In this document: positions 39,567-49,569 of the stretch, piece after piece
Position numbering within the stretch: the stretch's first letter is position 1
How the letters are laid out: each line of letters begins with the position of its first letter
Origin: an uncultured bacterium
GTDB lineage: Bacteria; Abyssobacteria; SURF-5
Assembly: GCA_964607485.1 (NCBI GenBank)
Contig: CAZSKP010000011.1
Span: 69,727 to 127,648 of the forward strand
Length of the DNA stretch: 57,922 nucleotides
Direction of reading: 5' to 3'
Program-made: the position numbers and the translations under genes
The notes under the pieces: model-generated
Told to the model about the DNA's origin: nothing
Seen by the model: the letters and a program-made list of their open reading frames with translations, nothing else
The model's database searches: none

Positions 39567-40343
39567 TCAGCGCTTCTCGCTGGCGTCGGCGTGAGCCTGT
39601 GTGCGGGCTGATGGAAGCCAGACGAAGAAACTAAGCGCGGCGGCGCCTATCAGGACCACCACGCTGATTACCTGCGAGATGGTGAGTCCCAGAAGCACCG
39701 GTGGGTTGTCGCCCCTGAAGAACTCAATGACAAACCTGGCCGTCGCGTAAAGCGCCGCGTAAAGCCACGCCACCTGGCCGTCGCGGGTCTTGTGTCTCCG
39801 GAACCTGATAAGGACCAGAAATATGGCGAACGTCGCCAGCGATTCGTATATCTGAGTCGGGTGGCGGCGATACTCGAGCTGCGGAAACTTGACCGCCCAG
39901 GGCACCCACGTCGGCTTCCCGTAGCAACAGCCGCTCATGAAGCAGCCGATTCGCCCTATGGCCTGACCGATGGCTATGCTCGGCGCCGCGATGTCCAGCA
40001 CGAGCGGGATCGGCACGCGCTTGAGCTTGCAAAAGGCCAGCCCGGCGCCGACGGCGAAGATGAACCCCCCGTAAAAGACCAGCCCGGCCTGCCTTAGATG
40101 CAACAGTTCGCTCGGATGCTCGAGCGTGTAGTGCAGGTCGTAGAAAAGGATATAGAACACCCGCGAGCCGACGATGGATGACAGGATGACGACGATCCCC
40201 AGATCGGCCGCCAGCTCGGGCTTCAATCCCGCCCGCTCCGTCTCGCGTGTGGCGAGCCATATGGCCACAAGAAAGGCGACGGCCAGAAACGCTCCGTATG
40301 TGTACAGTTCGAACGGGCCGATCTTAAACAGGATCGGGTGCAT
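39567..40343 (-). CDS. lgt: Prolipoprotein diacylglyceryl transferase
   Basis: TYG, GLVFYGG, GRIGCFMSGCCYG, HPTQIYE and RFVIEFFRGD. Confidence 0.95.
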   Translation of the reverse strand: MHPILFKIGPFELYTYGAFLAVAFLVAIWLATRETERAGLKPELAADLGIVVILSSIVGSRVFYILFYDLHYTLEHPSELLHLRQAGLVFYGGFIFAVGAGLAFCKLKRVPIPLVLDIAAPSIAIGQAIGRIGCFMSGCCYGKPTWVPWAVKFPQLEYRRHPTQIYESLATFAIFLVLIRFRRHKTRDGQVAWLYAALYATARFVIEFFRGDNPPVLLGLTISQVISVVVLIGAAALSFFVWLPSARTQAHADASEKR

Positions 40344-40896
40344 CCTTCGCCGTTCCTTTCTTCCCTCGGAAAAAATCCACAAGCAGGAGCGCAACCCCTA
40401 TGCTCACCGATGAGTCGGCAATGTTGAAGGCGGGCCAGAAACTGAAGTTGATGAAATCGACTACGTAGTTGAAGCGGAACCTGTCGACCAGGTTCCCCAT
40501 GGCGCCGCCCAGTATCAAGGCGCATCCGACGGTCAGCAGGACGCTCCGGGGCTCGACGGTCAGGTAGAAATACAGCACGATGAGCATGCTCACGAGAGTT
40601 ATGACCATGAACACATCGGGAAGGCCCGGGAAAAGGCCGAACGCAATGCCGCTGTTGTGCACGAGGGTTATCGAAAAAATTCCCGGTATTATATGAATCG
40701 AGTCATGCAACCGCAGGCCGAGACGGTGAACGACAATCCATTTCGTGAGCTGGTCCAGAAAAGTCACCAAGCATGCTACTATCAGAAGTTGGGGAAGCCT
40801 GAAGGGGGAGGAAACGTTACGGCTGGTCACCGCCGCACGTAGTCGGGCTGCGGAGTCCTCTTCGCGGGGAACATCGCGGCAGGCGTCTCTACCCAT
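40324..40896 (-). CDS. lspA: Lipoprotein signal peptidase II
   Basis: DQLTK, NSGIAFG, GGAMGNLVDR, VVDFI and FNIADS. Start codon uncertain. Confidence 0.93.
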   Translation of the reverse strand: MGRDACRDVPREEDSAARLRAAVTSRNVSSPFRLPQLLIVACLVTFLDQLTKWIVVHRLGLRLHDSIHIIPGIFSITLVHNSGIAFGLFPGLPDVFMVITLVSMLIVLYFYLTVEPRSVLLTVGCALILGGAMGNLVDRFRFNYVVDFINFSFWPAFNIADSSVSIGVALLLVDFFRGKKGTAKDAPDPV

Positions 40897-40897
40897 C

Positions 40898-41272
40898 TCA
40901 ATACTTCTTTTCCGATTCCCGCGCGCATTCAATGCACAGCCTCGCGTAGGGGATGGCTTTCAAGCGCTCGAGGTTTATGTCGCCATCGCACGACACGCAT
41001 TTTCCGTATGTGCCGTCTTCGATTCTTTCCAAAGCCTCCTCGATCATGCGTATGCGTTCGTTCTCGCCCGAGGCGATGTTCAGCTCCATTTCGCGACCGA
41101 AGTTGTCGGTGCCGACATCGGCCATGTGATAAGAATAGCCCGACAGATCGCCCGAGGAATCGCGTTGAGACTGGCTGAGGTTGGTTTCGGAGAGGTGCTG
41201 GAGCTCGTGATATAGGTCGGCTCTCAGCTTCTCGAGATGTTTCTTCATCTGCTTCAGCGCCCTTTTATTCAT
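40898..41272 (-). CDS. DksA/TraR-family C4 zinc-finger protein
   Basis: HMADVGTD, GTYGKCVSC and RLKAIPYARLCIEC. Confidence 0.9.
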   Translation of the reverse strand: MNKRALKQMKKHLEKLRADLYHELQHLSETNLSQSQRDSSGDLSGYSYHMADVGTDNFGREMELNIASGENERIRMIEEALERIEDGTYGKCVSCDGDINLERLKAIPYARLCIECARESEKKY

Positions 41273-44078
41273 CAGGTCCTCCCAACTCGTTGACGCACCT
41301 GTCGCACAGCGAGGGATGCTCTTCCGACCGGCCGACGGATTCTCTGTAATTCCAACAGCGCTCGCACTTCTCGCCGGCCGATTTGCGGACTGCAATCGCC
41401 ACGTGATTCTCTTTCACCGAAATGTCTTCCGGGAGCGCTTCGCCGGCTGAATGCAGCTCGACCTGTGATACGATGAAGACCGTCGGAAGCATCTTCTCAT
41501 ACCGGCCGAGCAAGGAGGCTTCCTCGGAACGCTCCGGATACAACGCCACCTTGGCTTCGAGCGAATTCCCCAGTAGGCCGTCCCTGCGCGCTATCTCCAG
41601 AGCCTTCGTGACCCCGGCCCTGACCTTGAGGAGCCGTTCCCACCGTTCTCCCAATTCGTCGTCCACAAGGCTCGGGTCCGTCTCCGGCCACGAACAGAGG
41701 TGAACGCTCGGCTCGCGGTCCGGCTGATTCGGTATCAAGCGCCACGCCTCCTCCGCCGTAAAACTCAGCGTGGGCGCAAGCATGCGCGTGAGCGCATGGA
41801 GGATGCGGTCGAGAGCGGTCTGCGAAGACCTGCGCGCAGGATTGTCGGCAGCAAAGGTGTACAGCCGATCCTTCAACATGTCGAAATATAACGCGCTCAG
41901 CGAGACGGTGCAATAGTTGTAAAGCGTGTGAAACGCCGTGTAGAACTCGTGCCGCTCGTGCGCGCTCGTCACTCGAGCGATGGTCTGCTGAAGCACATGG
42001 AGCGCCCATTTGTCCAGCTCGTCCATCTGTTCGTAGGGGACGGAATTCTTTTCGGGACAAAAGTCATACAGATTGCTTAACAGAAATTTGAACGTGTTGC
42101 GCAGCCGTCTGTATGCATCGGCCAGCCGCTGCAATATTTCGAACGAAACCCGTATATCCTGCGTGAAGTTCTCCGAGGCTACCCAGAGCCGCAACACGTC
42201 GGCTCCGTACTTCTCTATCACCTCTTCGGGATAGATGGCGTTGCCGAGCTTCTTCGACATCTTCTTGCCGTCGCTCGTGACGACGAAGCCGTGCGTGAGG
42301 ACGGACCGGAAAGGCGCCCGGCCCTTCACCGCTGCCGAAGTCAGCAGGGAGGACTGGAACCATCCCCTGTATTGGTCGCTCCCCTCGATGTACAGGTCGG
42401 CGGGAAACGACAGGCCCTCGGTCGTCTCAAGAACGGCCCTGTGGCTCACTCCCGACTCGAACCACACGTCCAGTATGTCCTCCTCCTTCACAAACTCATC
42501 CGAGCCGCAGCCGCACCTCGCGTCCGCAGGAAGCAGTTCCCCGGCGTCGCTCGTGAACCACACGTCCACCCCTTTTTCATCCACCAGTTTCTTGAGGTGC
42601 TCGAACGCTTTCTTGTCAAAGAATTCTTTCCCGCATTTCTTGCAGTAGAAGATCGGGATAGGAACGCCCCACGAGCGCTGGCGGGATATGCACCAATCGG
42701 GTCGGTTGGCCACCATCCCGTATATCCTGTCCTCGCCCCACGGGGGAACCCAATCGACCTTCTTTATCTCATCCAGCGCGCGTCCTCTCAGGCCGTTCGC
42801 ATCCACTGTTATGAACCACTGCGCCGTCGCGCGGAAGATGATGGGATTGGAGCAGCGCCAGCAGTGGGGATACTGGTGCACTATCTCCTCGCTCTGGAGC
42901 AGCGCTCCTTTCTCGCGCAGAAGCTCCACAATGGGCTCGTTCGCCTCGAACACGTGCCGCCCCTGAAACATGGCAAACTCCGAGGTGAAGCGGCCGTCGT
43001 CGTCCACGGGCGAATACACCGGCAGCCCGTACTTGATGCCCACAACATAGTCTTCCTGGCCGTGACCGGGCGCGGTGTGCACCAGCCCCGTGCCCTGTTC
43101 GAGCGTGACGTGCTCGCCCACTATCACGGGGTTGACGCGGTCCACAAACGGATGCCTGTAGCGGACGCCCTCCAATTCGCTCCCCTTGAAACGACGGAGC
43201 ACCTTCGCCTGTGGTTCCGCCCCGATCCTCTCGAGCACGGCCGGCTTGAGATATTCCGCCATGATATACACATCCGGGCCCACCTCGACGGCCACATACT
43301 CGAAATGCGGATGGACACAGGTGGCCAGGTTGGCCGGCAGCGTCCAGGGAGTTGTGGTCCAGATGAGAAGGTAAGTGTTTTCCCCCAGGTCCTCCAGGCC
43401 TTCAACCACCTCGAACCTGACATAGATGGAGGGCGAGGAATGGTCGGCGTATTCCACCTCGGCCTCGGCCAGGGCCGTGCGACAGGTGGAACACCACGTG
43501 ATCGGCTTCAGCCCGCGATAGATGTAGTTCCGCTCGTACATCTCACCGAAGACTGCGAGTATCTTTCCCTCATACTTTCGGCTGAGGGTGAGATAGGGGT
43601 GCTCCCACTCGCCGAAGACGCCCAGACGCTCGAAATCGCGCGTCATGACATCGACATACCTGAGAGCGTAGTCGCTGCACCGCTTCCTTATCTCGGGCTT
43701 CGACAGAGCCCCTTCATTCCCGCCCAATTCGCTCAGCACCTTGAACTCGATCGGCAATCCATGACAGTCGTAGCCCGGAACAAAGGGGGCGTCGTGCCCG
43801 GCCATCGTCTTATATTTGACTATCATGTCCTTGAGTATCTTGTTCAGGGCGGTTCCGAGGTGGATGTCCCCGTTGGCATAGGGGGGCCCGTCGTGGAGAA
43901 TGAACTTCCGACTGCTTGCCATTCTCCGGCGAATCTCTCCGTAAATGTCCATTTCCTTCCAAAAAGCAACGAGCTCGGGCTCCCTTTTCGGAAGGCTGGC
44001 CTTCATGGGAAAGGATGTTTTGGGAAGGTTCAGCGTCGCCGCGTAACCCTTGTTCCCGTTTTTCAGTCTCTTCGTCAT
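41265..44078 (-). CDS. ileS: Isoleucine--tRNA ligase (type 1)
   Basis: LHDGPPYANGDIHLG, WTTTPWT, GTGLVH, DWCISRQR, KMSK and a C-terminal zinc finger. Confidence 0.97.
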   Translation of the reverse strand: MTKRLKNGNKGYAATLNLPKTSFPMKASLPKREPELVAFWKEMDIYGEIRRRMASSRKFILHDGPPYANGDIHLGTALNKILKDMIVKYKTMAGHDAPFVPGYDCHGLPIEFKVLSELGGNEGALSKPEIRKRCSDYALRYVDVMTRDFERLGVFGEWEHPYLTLSRKYEGKILAVFGEMYERNYIYRGLKPITWCSTCRTALAEAEVEYADHSSPSIYVRFEVVEGLEDLGENTYLLIWTTTPWTLPANLATCVHPHFEYVAVEVGPDVYIMAEYLKPAVLERIGAEPQAKVLRRFKGSELEGVRYRHPFVDRVNPVIVGEHVTLEQGTGLVHTAPGHGQEDYVVGIKYGLPVYSPVDDDGRFTSEFAMFQGRHVFEANEPIVELLREKGALLQSEEIVHQYPHCWRCSNPIIFRATAQWFITVDANGLRGRALDEIKKVDWVPPWGEDRIYGMVANRPDWCISRQRSWGVPIPIFYCKKCGKEFFDKKAFEHLKKLVDEKGVDVWFTSDAGELLPADARCGCGSDEFVKEEDILDVWFESGVSHRAVLETTEGLSFPADLYIEGSDQYRGWFQSSLLTSAAVKGRAPFRSVLTHGFVVTSDGKKMSKKLGNAIYPEEVIEKYGADVLRLWVASENFTQDIRVSFEILQRLADAYRRLRNTFKFLLSNLYDFCPEKNSVPYEQMDELDKWALHVLQQTIARVTSAHERHEFYTAFHTLYNYCTVSLSALYFDMLKDRLYTFAADNPARRSSQTALDRILHALTRMLAPTLSFTAEEAWRLIPNQPDREPSVHLCSWPETDPSLVDDELGERWERLLKVRAGVTKALEIARRDGLLGNSLEAKVALYPERSEEASLLGRYEKMLPTVFIVSQVELHSAGEALPEDISVKENHVAIAVRKSAGEKCERCWNYRESVGRSEEHPSLCDRCVNELGGPDE

Positions 44079-44130
44079 CAACAAATCACCATCTTACCGA
44101 CATCATCGGTCGAAACGAGTATAGCACGAT

Positions 44131-44159
44131 AATTTATCACAACATGTGCCCTTTGTCAA
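44131..44159 (-). promoter_or_regulatory. Putative sigma70 promoter of the ileS operon
   Basis: TTGACA-N17-TAAATT. Confidence 0.6.
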
Positions 44160-44245
44160 GGCGAGCGTAGACGCAGCCGGGGCAGCTCGGGAGAACAGTG
44201 AAGAAGCGATAACCTTTTGATAAGCAAATATTTACAGTTGGCAGA

Positions 44246-46234
44246 TTATTGCGAGGATGGTGCCGGTTCCCCGGCAGACTCATCAGAGGGAAATATCTCC
44301 GTGAAACTTTCGAAAGCCGGCCAGTAGCGATAGTATCTTCGGCCGGGATAGCGTTGCATCAACACGTCGTTACCCAGGCCTTGGTCGCGCGCGAAAACGA
44401 TATCCCCCTTGAGAGCGGGGTCGTTTCGCCACAACCCTGTGCCATACGCAAGGGAATAGGGAAAATCATTGATGAAGACGACAGCGTTATGAACCTTCTC
44501 TGATTCGAGATGCCGCCAGATGGGCGCGGGCACTCCTTGGTGAATGGGCGATGATATCTCATAGTACCGCAGCCTGTCCGGGAGGAAGAGGGCGAGGTTG
44601 AACACAATGCAGGCGAAAATCAGTACGGCCAAGAAGCGCGAAACCGCCTCTATGCCGCCCTTTGGACCCGCCAGCCGGCTCCACAGCTCGGGAGTGTCCC
44701 GAAGCCCGCGCGCACTCAGAATGACCGCCGCGGGGATGACCGAGAAATAGTAGCGCGGACCCATCATGAAATCCTGATGAAAGAAGAAGAAATAGACGGC
44801 CGGAATCGAAAGGAAACTCGCGAGCATAAGGTAGTCCCACTTGTTTCTCGACGGCAGGGCGAACGGAATCATCGCGAACAGAAGCGACGGCAGCGGCCAG
44901 CCGAACAGGTACTTGTTCAGGTAAAAGAATCCGTTATTCAGGTTGACCACACCCCGCAGAGGTGTGTGTCGGTGCTTCGCATAAACGAGCTGGCGAGGCG
45001 GCTGCACGAATCCCAGGCGAAAGTTCTTCCCGTAAAAGACGTTATAACCGGACGTGAACGGGTCGCCGGTGAGCACAGAGTTGTAGGAGAGAAGCAGCGC
45101 CACTCCGACGGCGACGCCGAACGCAAGCACCCCGGCGTTGACGGGATGAATCCTCCGCTTGAACACCAGCCACAGCGTGTAGGCCGCCCACGGGATGGAG
45201 ACGGCCGCGGCAGTCAAGGGCCGCGTCAACGCCATCGCCCCGAGGGCCAACCCGGCGAGAAGAAAGTGAAACCAGCGCCCCCCGCCGAGCCCCTTCAGGA
45301 AGAAATACAGGAACAGGAGGAAGAAGAAAGCGGTTGTCGTGTGCGACAGCTGAAAGGAGGACAACATCAGGAAAAACGGAGACACAACCATCAGAGCGGC
45401 CGAACCACGCGCGATGCGCTCGTCGTACATCAACCCGGCCGCCAAGTACACCAGCATCACGCACAGCGCCGCAAGAGCCGGGTTCACAATCCAAGGAGCT
45501 CCCACGAAGACGCCCAGTGTCAGAAGCAGAGGATAGCCGGGATTCACGATGGAATACCACTTATCTCCGATGACAAAGCTGACAAAGCTGAAGAACTGCG
45601 GGTCTTGCGGAGGCTGGGCGTACAAGTGTCCGCTCGCAAATATCTTGCTCTGAAAGATGTAGTTCACCTCGTCGGAACATATGGGCACGTGATGAAACTG
45701 AAACAGAGAGATCGCGTTCGTCTCCAAAAACACAAGGAGCATCGCTCCGACGAGAAACGCGCGCCGAGGCGACCGAAATATCAGCCGCTCGGCCAGCCGA
45801 AGGAACGCCTCGGCGACCGGGCGGGCGTTCAACAATATGGCCCATACCACGCTGAACGTCGCGCCGGCGAGGAAGAGGCCCTCGACCAGCGCGCGAGTGC
45901 TCTCCATCAGTCCCCACGTGAGCATGTGGAACGATATCCTGTTGCGGGGATAGTTCAGCATCGTAAACACCAGCACGGCCGCGACGACGAACGGAGCGAT
46001 TCTCCAGCGGAGGGGCAGTGCGGTGAGACGCTTGTTGAACGACTCTATCGCGTGACCTTTCCAGAGCGTGAGCAGGAGCAGGATGGCGACGGTGAACGCG
46101 AGGTGCACGAATTGCCGTTTCGCCGAAACCTCCCCGCCCATGGCGAGGTAGTCGAGACGCATGGCGACCCAGCTAACGGCGCAATACGCCCCGACGGAGA
46201 AAAGAACGATGTTCTTCTTCGCCCTGCCGCTCAC
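44246..46234 (-). CDS. GT-C fold glycosyltransferase (ArnT/PMT-like, family 39-like)
   Basis: SDE loop motif, PGYPLLL, TRP and GPRYY. Many TM segments. Confidence 0.8.
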   Translation of the reverse strand: MSGRAKKNIVLFSVGAYCAVSWVAMRLDYLAMGGEVSAKRQFVHLAFTVAILLLLTLWKGHAIESFNKRLTALPLRWRIAPFVVAAVLVFTMLNYPRNRISFHMLTWGLMESTRALVEGLFLAGATFSVVWAILLNARPVAEAFLRLAERLIFRSPRRAFLVGAMLLVFLETNAISLFQFHHVPICSDEVNYIFQSKIFASGHLYAQPPQDPQFFSFVSFVIGDKWYSIVNPGYPLLLTLGVFVGAPWIVNPALAALCVMLVYLAAGLMYDERIARGSAALMVVSPFFLMLSSFQLSHTTTAFFFLLFLYFFLKGLGGGRWFHFLLAGLALGAMALTRPLTAAAVSIPWAAYTLWLVFKRRIHPVNAGVLAFGVAVGVALLLSYNSVLTGDPFTSGYNVFYGKNFRLGFVQPPRQLVYAKHRHTPLRGVVNLNNGFFYLNKYLFGWPLPSLLFAMIPFALPSRNKWDYLMLASFLSIPAVYFFFFHQDFMMGPRYYFSVIPAAVILSARGLRDTPELWSRLAGPKGGIEAVSRFLAVLIFACIVFNLALFLPDRLRYYEISSPIHQGVPAPIWRHLESEKVHNAVVFINDFPYSLAYGTGLWRNDPALKGDIVFARDQGLGNDVLMQRYPGRRYYRYWPAFESFTEIFPSDESAGEPAPSSQ

Positions 46235-46605
46235 AGGTCACCCGCATCCTCCGGGCGCGCTCCGGAAGCGTCCCCGCTGTCGAGGTTCGAAATGGCGAGC
46301 GCCTGCGCGATCTTGACGACCCGTTCCGAAAGCATGGAAAGCTGTACGGAGAAATAGATGAGAACGAGCGTGACGAAGCCCAGCGACACGATCGTGAGCG
46401 CGGCGGAAGGGAAAAACGCCTCCGCCGTCCCTGCGACGGCGCGGGAGAGCGGCGGTATCGCAACCAAGCAGACCAGGCCGAAAATCATCATGAGCCAGGC
46501 GACGGCGTATCCGACGTAGAGCCGATGCCTGAGGAGCTGGTGAAACACCAATGCCGAGAGCGCCAGCGCTCCCAAACAGATCAACACAATCCCCTGTGCG
46601 GTCAA
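46231..46605 (-). CDS. DUF2304-family membrane protein
   Basis: Three TM segments and a C-terminal LS....VKIAQALA. Follows a GT2 gene. Confidence 0.75.
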   Translation of the reverse strand: MTAQGIVLICLGALALSALVFHQLLRHRLYVGYAVAWLMMIFGLVCLVAIPPLSRAVAGTAEAFFPSAALTIVSLGFVTLVLIYFSVQLSMLSERVVKIAQALAISNLDSGDASGARPEDAGDL

Positions 46606-47321
46606 CGGTTTCTCCCCCCTTCGAAGTATGCTCTGAAAACCGCGATGACAACCAGAAGCAAGGTCTTGAGCGGATACGTGAAGTGACTCAACAGCGTGTA
46701 CATCGAGCGGCCCGACTTTCGCTCGGCCATCACAACCGGCTGTTCGACTATCTTCATTCCCGCAAAGCTGAGCGAAACGAGCGCCTCTGCATGAAAATCG
46801 ACAAATTGCTCCGCTGCCAGGCTCTCATATGCGCGGCGGCTCACCGCTTTGAAACCCGACGTGGTGTCGTAAATTCGCGTGCCGGTCACGAGCAGAGTGA
46901 CCCACGAAAACAGCCACATTCCCATCCGCCTTCCGAGCGGTCCGGTGATCGTGCGGCCTCCCGCAAACCTGGATCCGATGACAACGTCGGCCCCCTCGCG
47001 CTCGAGCGTCGACAGCAAAACGGCGATGTCTCGGGGATTATGCTGTCCGTCTCCATCGAGGAGCACGACCGTCTCGTACCCCTTCCCCATCGCGTACCGC
47101 AGGCCGGTCTGGATGGCCCGGGCGTAACCGAGGTTGCAGGGAAGTCTGAGCAGCGGCGCGCCGCATCTCGACACGACGACCGGGGTGTCGTCCGACGAGC
47201 CGTCGTCCACCACCACGATATCGCACCCCGGGGCATGCTCCCCGGCTCCCGCGAGCACTTGAGCGATGGAATCCCGCTCGTTGTACGCGGGAATTATTAT
47301 GAGACACCGGCCAGCGTCCAT
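46602..47321 (-). CDS. Glycosyltransferase family 2 (polyprenol-phosphate sugar synthase-like)
   Basis: IPAYNE, VDDGSSD, DGDGQH, GSRF and DTTSGF. Confidence 0.9.
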   Translation of the reverse strand: MDAGRCLIIIPAYNERDSIAQVLAGAGEHAPGCDIVVVDDGSSDDTPVVVSRCGAPLLRLPCNLGYARAIQTGLRYAMGKGYETVVLLDGDGQHNPRDIAVLLSTLEREGADVVIGSRFAGGRTITGPLGRRMGMWLFSWVTLLVTGTRIYDTTSGFKAVSRRAYESLAAEQFVDFHAEALVSLSFAGMKIVEQPVVMAERKSGRSMYTLLSHFTYPLKTLLLVVIAVFRAYFEGGRNR

Positions 47322-47322
47322 C

Positions 47323-47997
47323 TTAGCCAAGCGCGCTCCTCTTCTCGGCAATGAGTATGGTATTCATCCCAAGCGGGAAATCTACGTCGAAGACCTTCAG
47401 AGGGCCTACGGCAAACCGCGGCATCTTGTTGGGAAATATCATCCCGGTGGAAAGCAGATGCCTGACACAGAGCTCGTTCGACTCCGCGCAGCGCCTGAGG
47501 AACGCCCGCGAAAACCTCAGTCCCCCACGCTCATGCCTCACCAGCAACGAGAACGCAGCCACGGCCGGGTTGGCCCGATTGGGCTCGATGAGTATCACAT
47601 ACCTGCGGCTCACGCGACTCATCTCGGCCACGACGGGTAAGGGGTCGGGCACGTGGTGGAGCAGGCAGGCCGCAATCACGATGTCGAACAAGCCGTCCCT
47701 GAAGGGCAGGCGCAGAGCGTCGGCAAGAGCTTTCCTGCAGGGATTCTCTCGGAGCAGCTTTGGGGAGCCGTCGACGGCGAAACATCGAGCGAGTTGCTGA
47801 AGGTAGTAAGAGTACGTTCCGTTGCCCGCGCCGACGTCGAGTATGCTTGTTTCCTTGGTGATGGGCACCCTTTCCGTGATGAACTTGAGTTTGGGACTCA
47901 CGCATGCGTTTACCACAGGATGCCACGGCGGCCGGTAGCGAATCCCCGATTCCCAGTATTCCGCCTGAAATCTGTCCGGTTGTCGCCGTCTGCCCAC
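47323..47997 (-). CDS. Class I SAM-dependent methyltransferase
   Basis: LDVGAGNG, LPFRDGLFD, LHHVPDP and EPN. Confidence 0.85.
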   Translation of the reverse strand: MGRRRQPDRFQAEYWESGIRYRPPWHPVVNACVSPKLKFITERVPITKETSILDVGAGNGTYSYYLQQLARCFAVDGSPKLLRENPCRKALADALRLPFRDGLFDIVIAACLLHHVPDPLPVVAEMSRVSRRYVILIEPNRANPAVAAFSLLVRHERGGLRFSRAFLRRCAESNELCVRHLLSTGMIFPNKMPRFAVGPLKVFDVDFPLGMNTILIAEKRSALG

Positions 47998-48851
47998 TAT
48001 ATCTGCGACCGCGCCACTCGCTTGAGGTCGAGTGTCATCTCGAGCATGGACTGGTATCTGCCCTTCGGGTTTTTCTCGAGCGCCTTCATTATCACCCTGT
48101 CAAGGTTGTGATGCAGGCCGGGCTTGATTTTCGAGGGAGTCGTCGGTTTTATGCGCCTGTTCACAATCTCGCGAGTAATCTCCTCCCCTGTCTTGCCCAT
48201 GTAAGGAGATTGCCCCGTGAAGAGCTCGTAGCACGACACGCCGAGCGAGTAGATGTCGGTCCGAACGTCCACCTTCTTGCGCGTGAGCTGCTCCGGAGCC
48301 ATGTATCTCTTCGTGCCCCGGAGCTTGTCCCGGGAAAGCTGGAAAAAGGTGTTGGCCTGAGAGAGGCCGAAATCGGCGATCTTCACCGCGCCCGATGGAG
48401 AGATGAGGATGTTTTCGGGCTTCATGTCGCCGTGCACGATGCCGTGATGGTGGATGAAATCCAGTCCGCCGCAGACCGTGATGACGAGCTCGACGGCCTG
48501 AAACATCGTGAGGTCCTGCTCCTGGATGTGCTTGCGCATGTTCCAGCCGTCGACCAGCTCCATCACGAGGAAGCCCCGCTTCACCTTCTCCTTCGGGGCC
48601 TGGATTTTTATCAGCTTGAGGAATCGAATGATGTTGGGGTGGCGCAGCTCGAGCGCAATCTTGAATTCGTGGTCGAGATATTGAGCTTTGCGGCGGTCGG
48701 AGAGAAAATCGGGCGGCAGAACCTTTATGGCGACCAACTGGTCCTTCTTTTCGTCGAGGGCCTTGTACACGATTCCCATCCCGCCTCGACCGATTTCAGC
48801 CAGGACCCGATAGTTTTCTATCCTCTTATCAACAAAACCTTCTTCGACCAT
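47997..48851 (-). CDS. Hanks-type Ser/Thr protein kinase, catalytic domain only
   Basis: GRGGMG, VAIK, HGDMKPEN, DFG, YMAPE and DIYSLG. Confidence 0.92.
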   Translation of the reverse strand: MVEEGFVDKRIENYRVLAEIGRGGMGIVYKALDEKKDQLVAIKVLPPDFLSDRRKAQYLDHEFKIALELRHPNIIRFLKLIKIQAPKEKVKRGFLVMELVDGWNMRKHIQEQDLTMFQAVELVITVCGGLDFIHHHGIVHGDMKPENILISPSGAVKIADFGLSQANTFFQLSRDKLRGTKRYMAPEQLTRKKVDVRTDIYSLGVSCYELFTGQSPYMGKTGEEITREIVNRRIKPTTPSKIKPGLHHNLDRVIMKALEKNPKGRYQSMLEMTLDLKRVARSQI

Positions 48852-48892
48852 AATGCCCGCCGAATACAAATTTACTGAGCAAATCCGACCCC

Positions 48893-48921
48893 ATTCTAGC
48901 ACTTCGGGATAGGGGTGTCAA
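48893..48921 (-). promoter_or_regulatory. Putative sigma70 promoter of the kinase-glycosylation operon
   Basis: TTGACA-N17-TAGAAT. Confidence 0.65.
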
Positions 48922-49087
48922 CAACGTGTTCCCGGCTTCTCTCACGCGTCGGCTGCAGGGGACGTGCGCCCACTGCGCATCCGCAGGCCGGTCGGCAGAC
49001 GGCTCGTCTGCAATCGCTTTCCGACGCTGGTCAGCCTCCTCAGCAGGGGTGAGTGCCGAGCGGGAGACAACAGAGAGGGCCTCGTGG

Positions 49088-49531
49088 CTACAGAAGCAGG
49101 TGGTCGTAGCCCTCCTCTTCGAGCATCTCGCGGTACATTCCGTAAATGGGTTTTGTTATAGGGATGAGCTTCAAGGCCTTGGGAACGCTGCCCTTCGCCT
49201 TGATGCGTCCCAGGGCGATGGCCACCGGAACGTTTTCCTTCCCCTGGAAGTACTTGTTCGCCACTTCCGATTTCATCTTCATCTCCACGGCCGGCTCCCA
49301 GTCGCAATCCTCGTCTCCCCACACCCACTTGAGGAAGTGACCTTTCTTGGCGGCCTTGGAGTCGGCGTAGGTGGTGTTGAGGACCAGCCCGAGGTCGGTG
49401 AACTCCCAGCGTTGGGGCACACGCGCGGCGGCGAGCTTGGGACCCATTCTGGGATCGGTGCTCATCACGGTGAACAGCTTGTCCATCACCTCGACGAATT
49501 CCTTCTTGCTCTTGAATTTGGCTTTGGCCAT
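49088..49531 (-). CDS. SCP2 sterol/lipid-carrier domain protein
   Basis: YFQGKENVPVAIALGRIKAKG matches the SCP2 C-terminal pattern. GGAGGG RBS. Confidence 0.75.
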   Translation of the reverse strand: MAKAKFKSKKEFVEVMDKLFTVMSTDPRMGPKLAAARVPQRWEFTDLGLVLNTTYADSKAAKKGHFLKWVWGDEDCDWEPAVEMKMKSEVANKYFQGKENVPVAIALGRIKAKGSVPKALKLIPITKPIYGMYREMLEEEGYDHLLL

Positions 49532-49569
49532 TCGCCCTCCCTTGCCCGTGCCGCGCGGCACGAGCCTTT

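Noticed and set aside
42291..44132. Long antisense ORFs (613 aa here; also 44777-46357, 52974-54452, 49588-50877, 5017-6258 and 26544-27728)
   Set aside because: Shadow frames opposite well-supported genes, expected from GC-rich codon bias. No recognisable motifs.
44079..44245. T-box riboswitch upstream of ileS
   Set aside because: The promoter lies about 50 nt from the start codon, and there is no T-box sequence or terminator.
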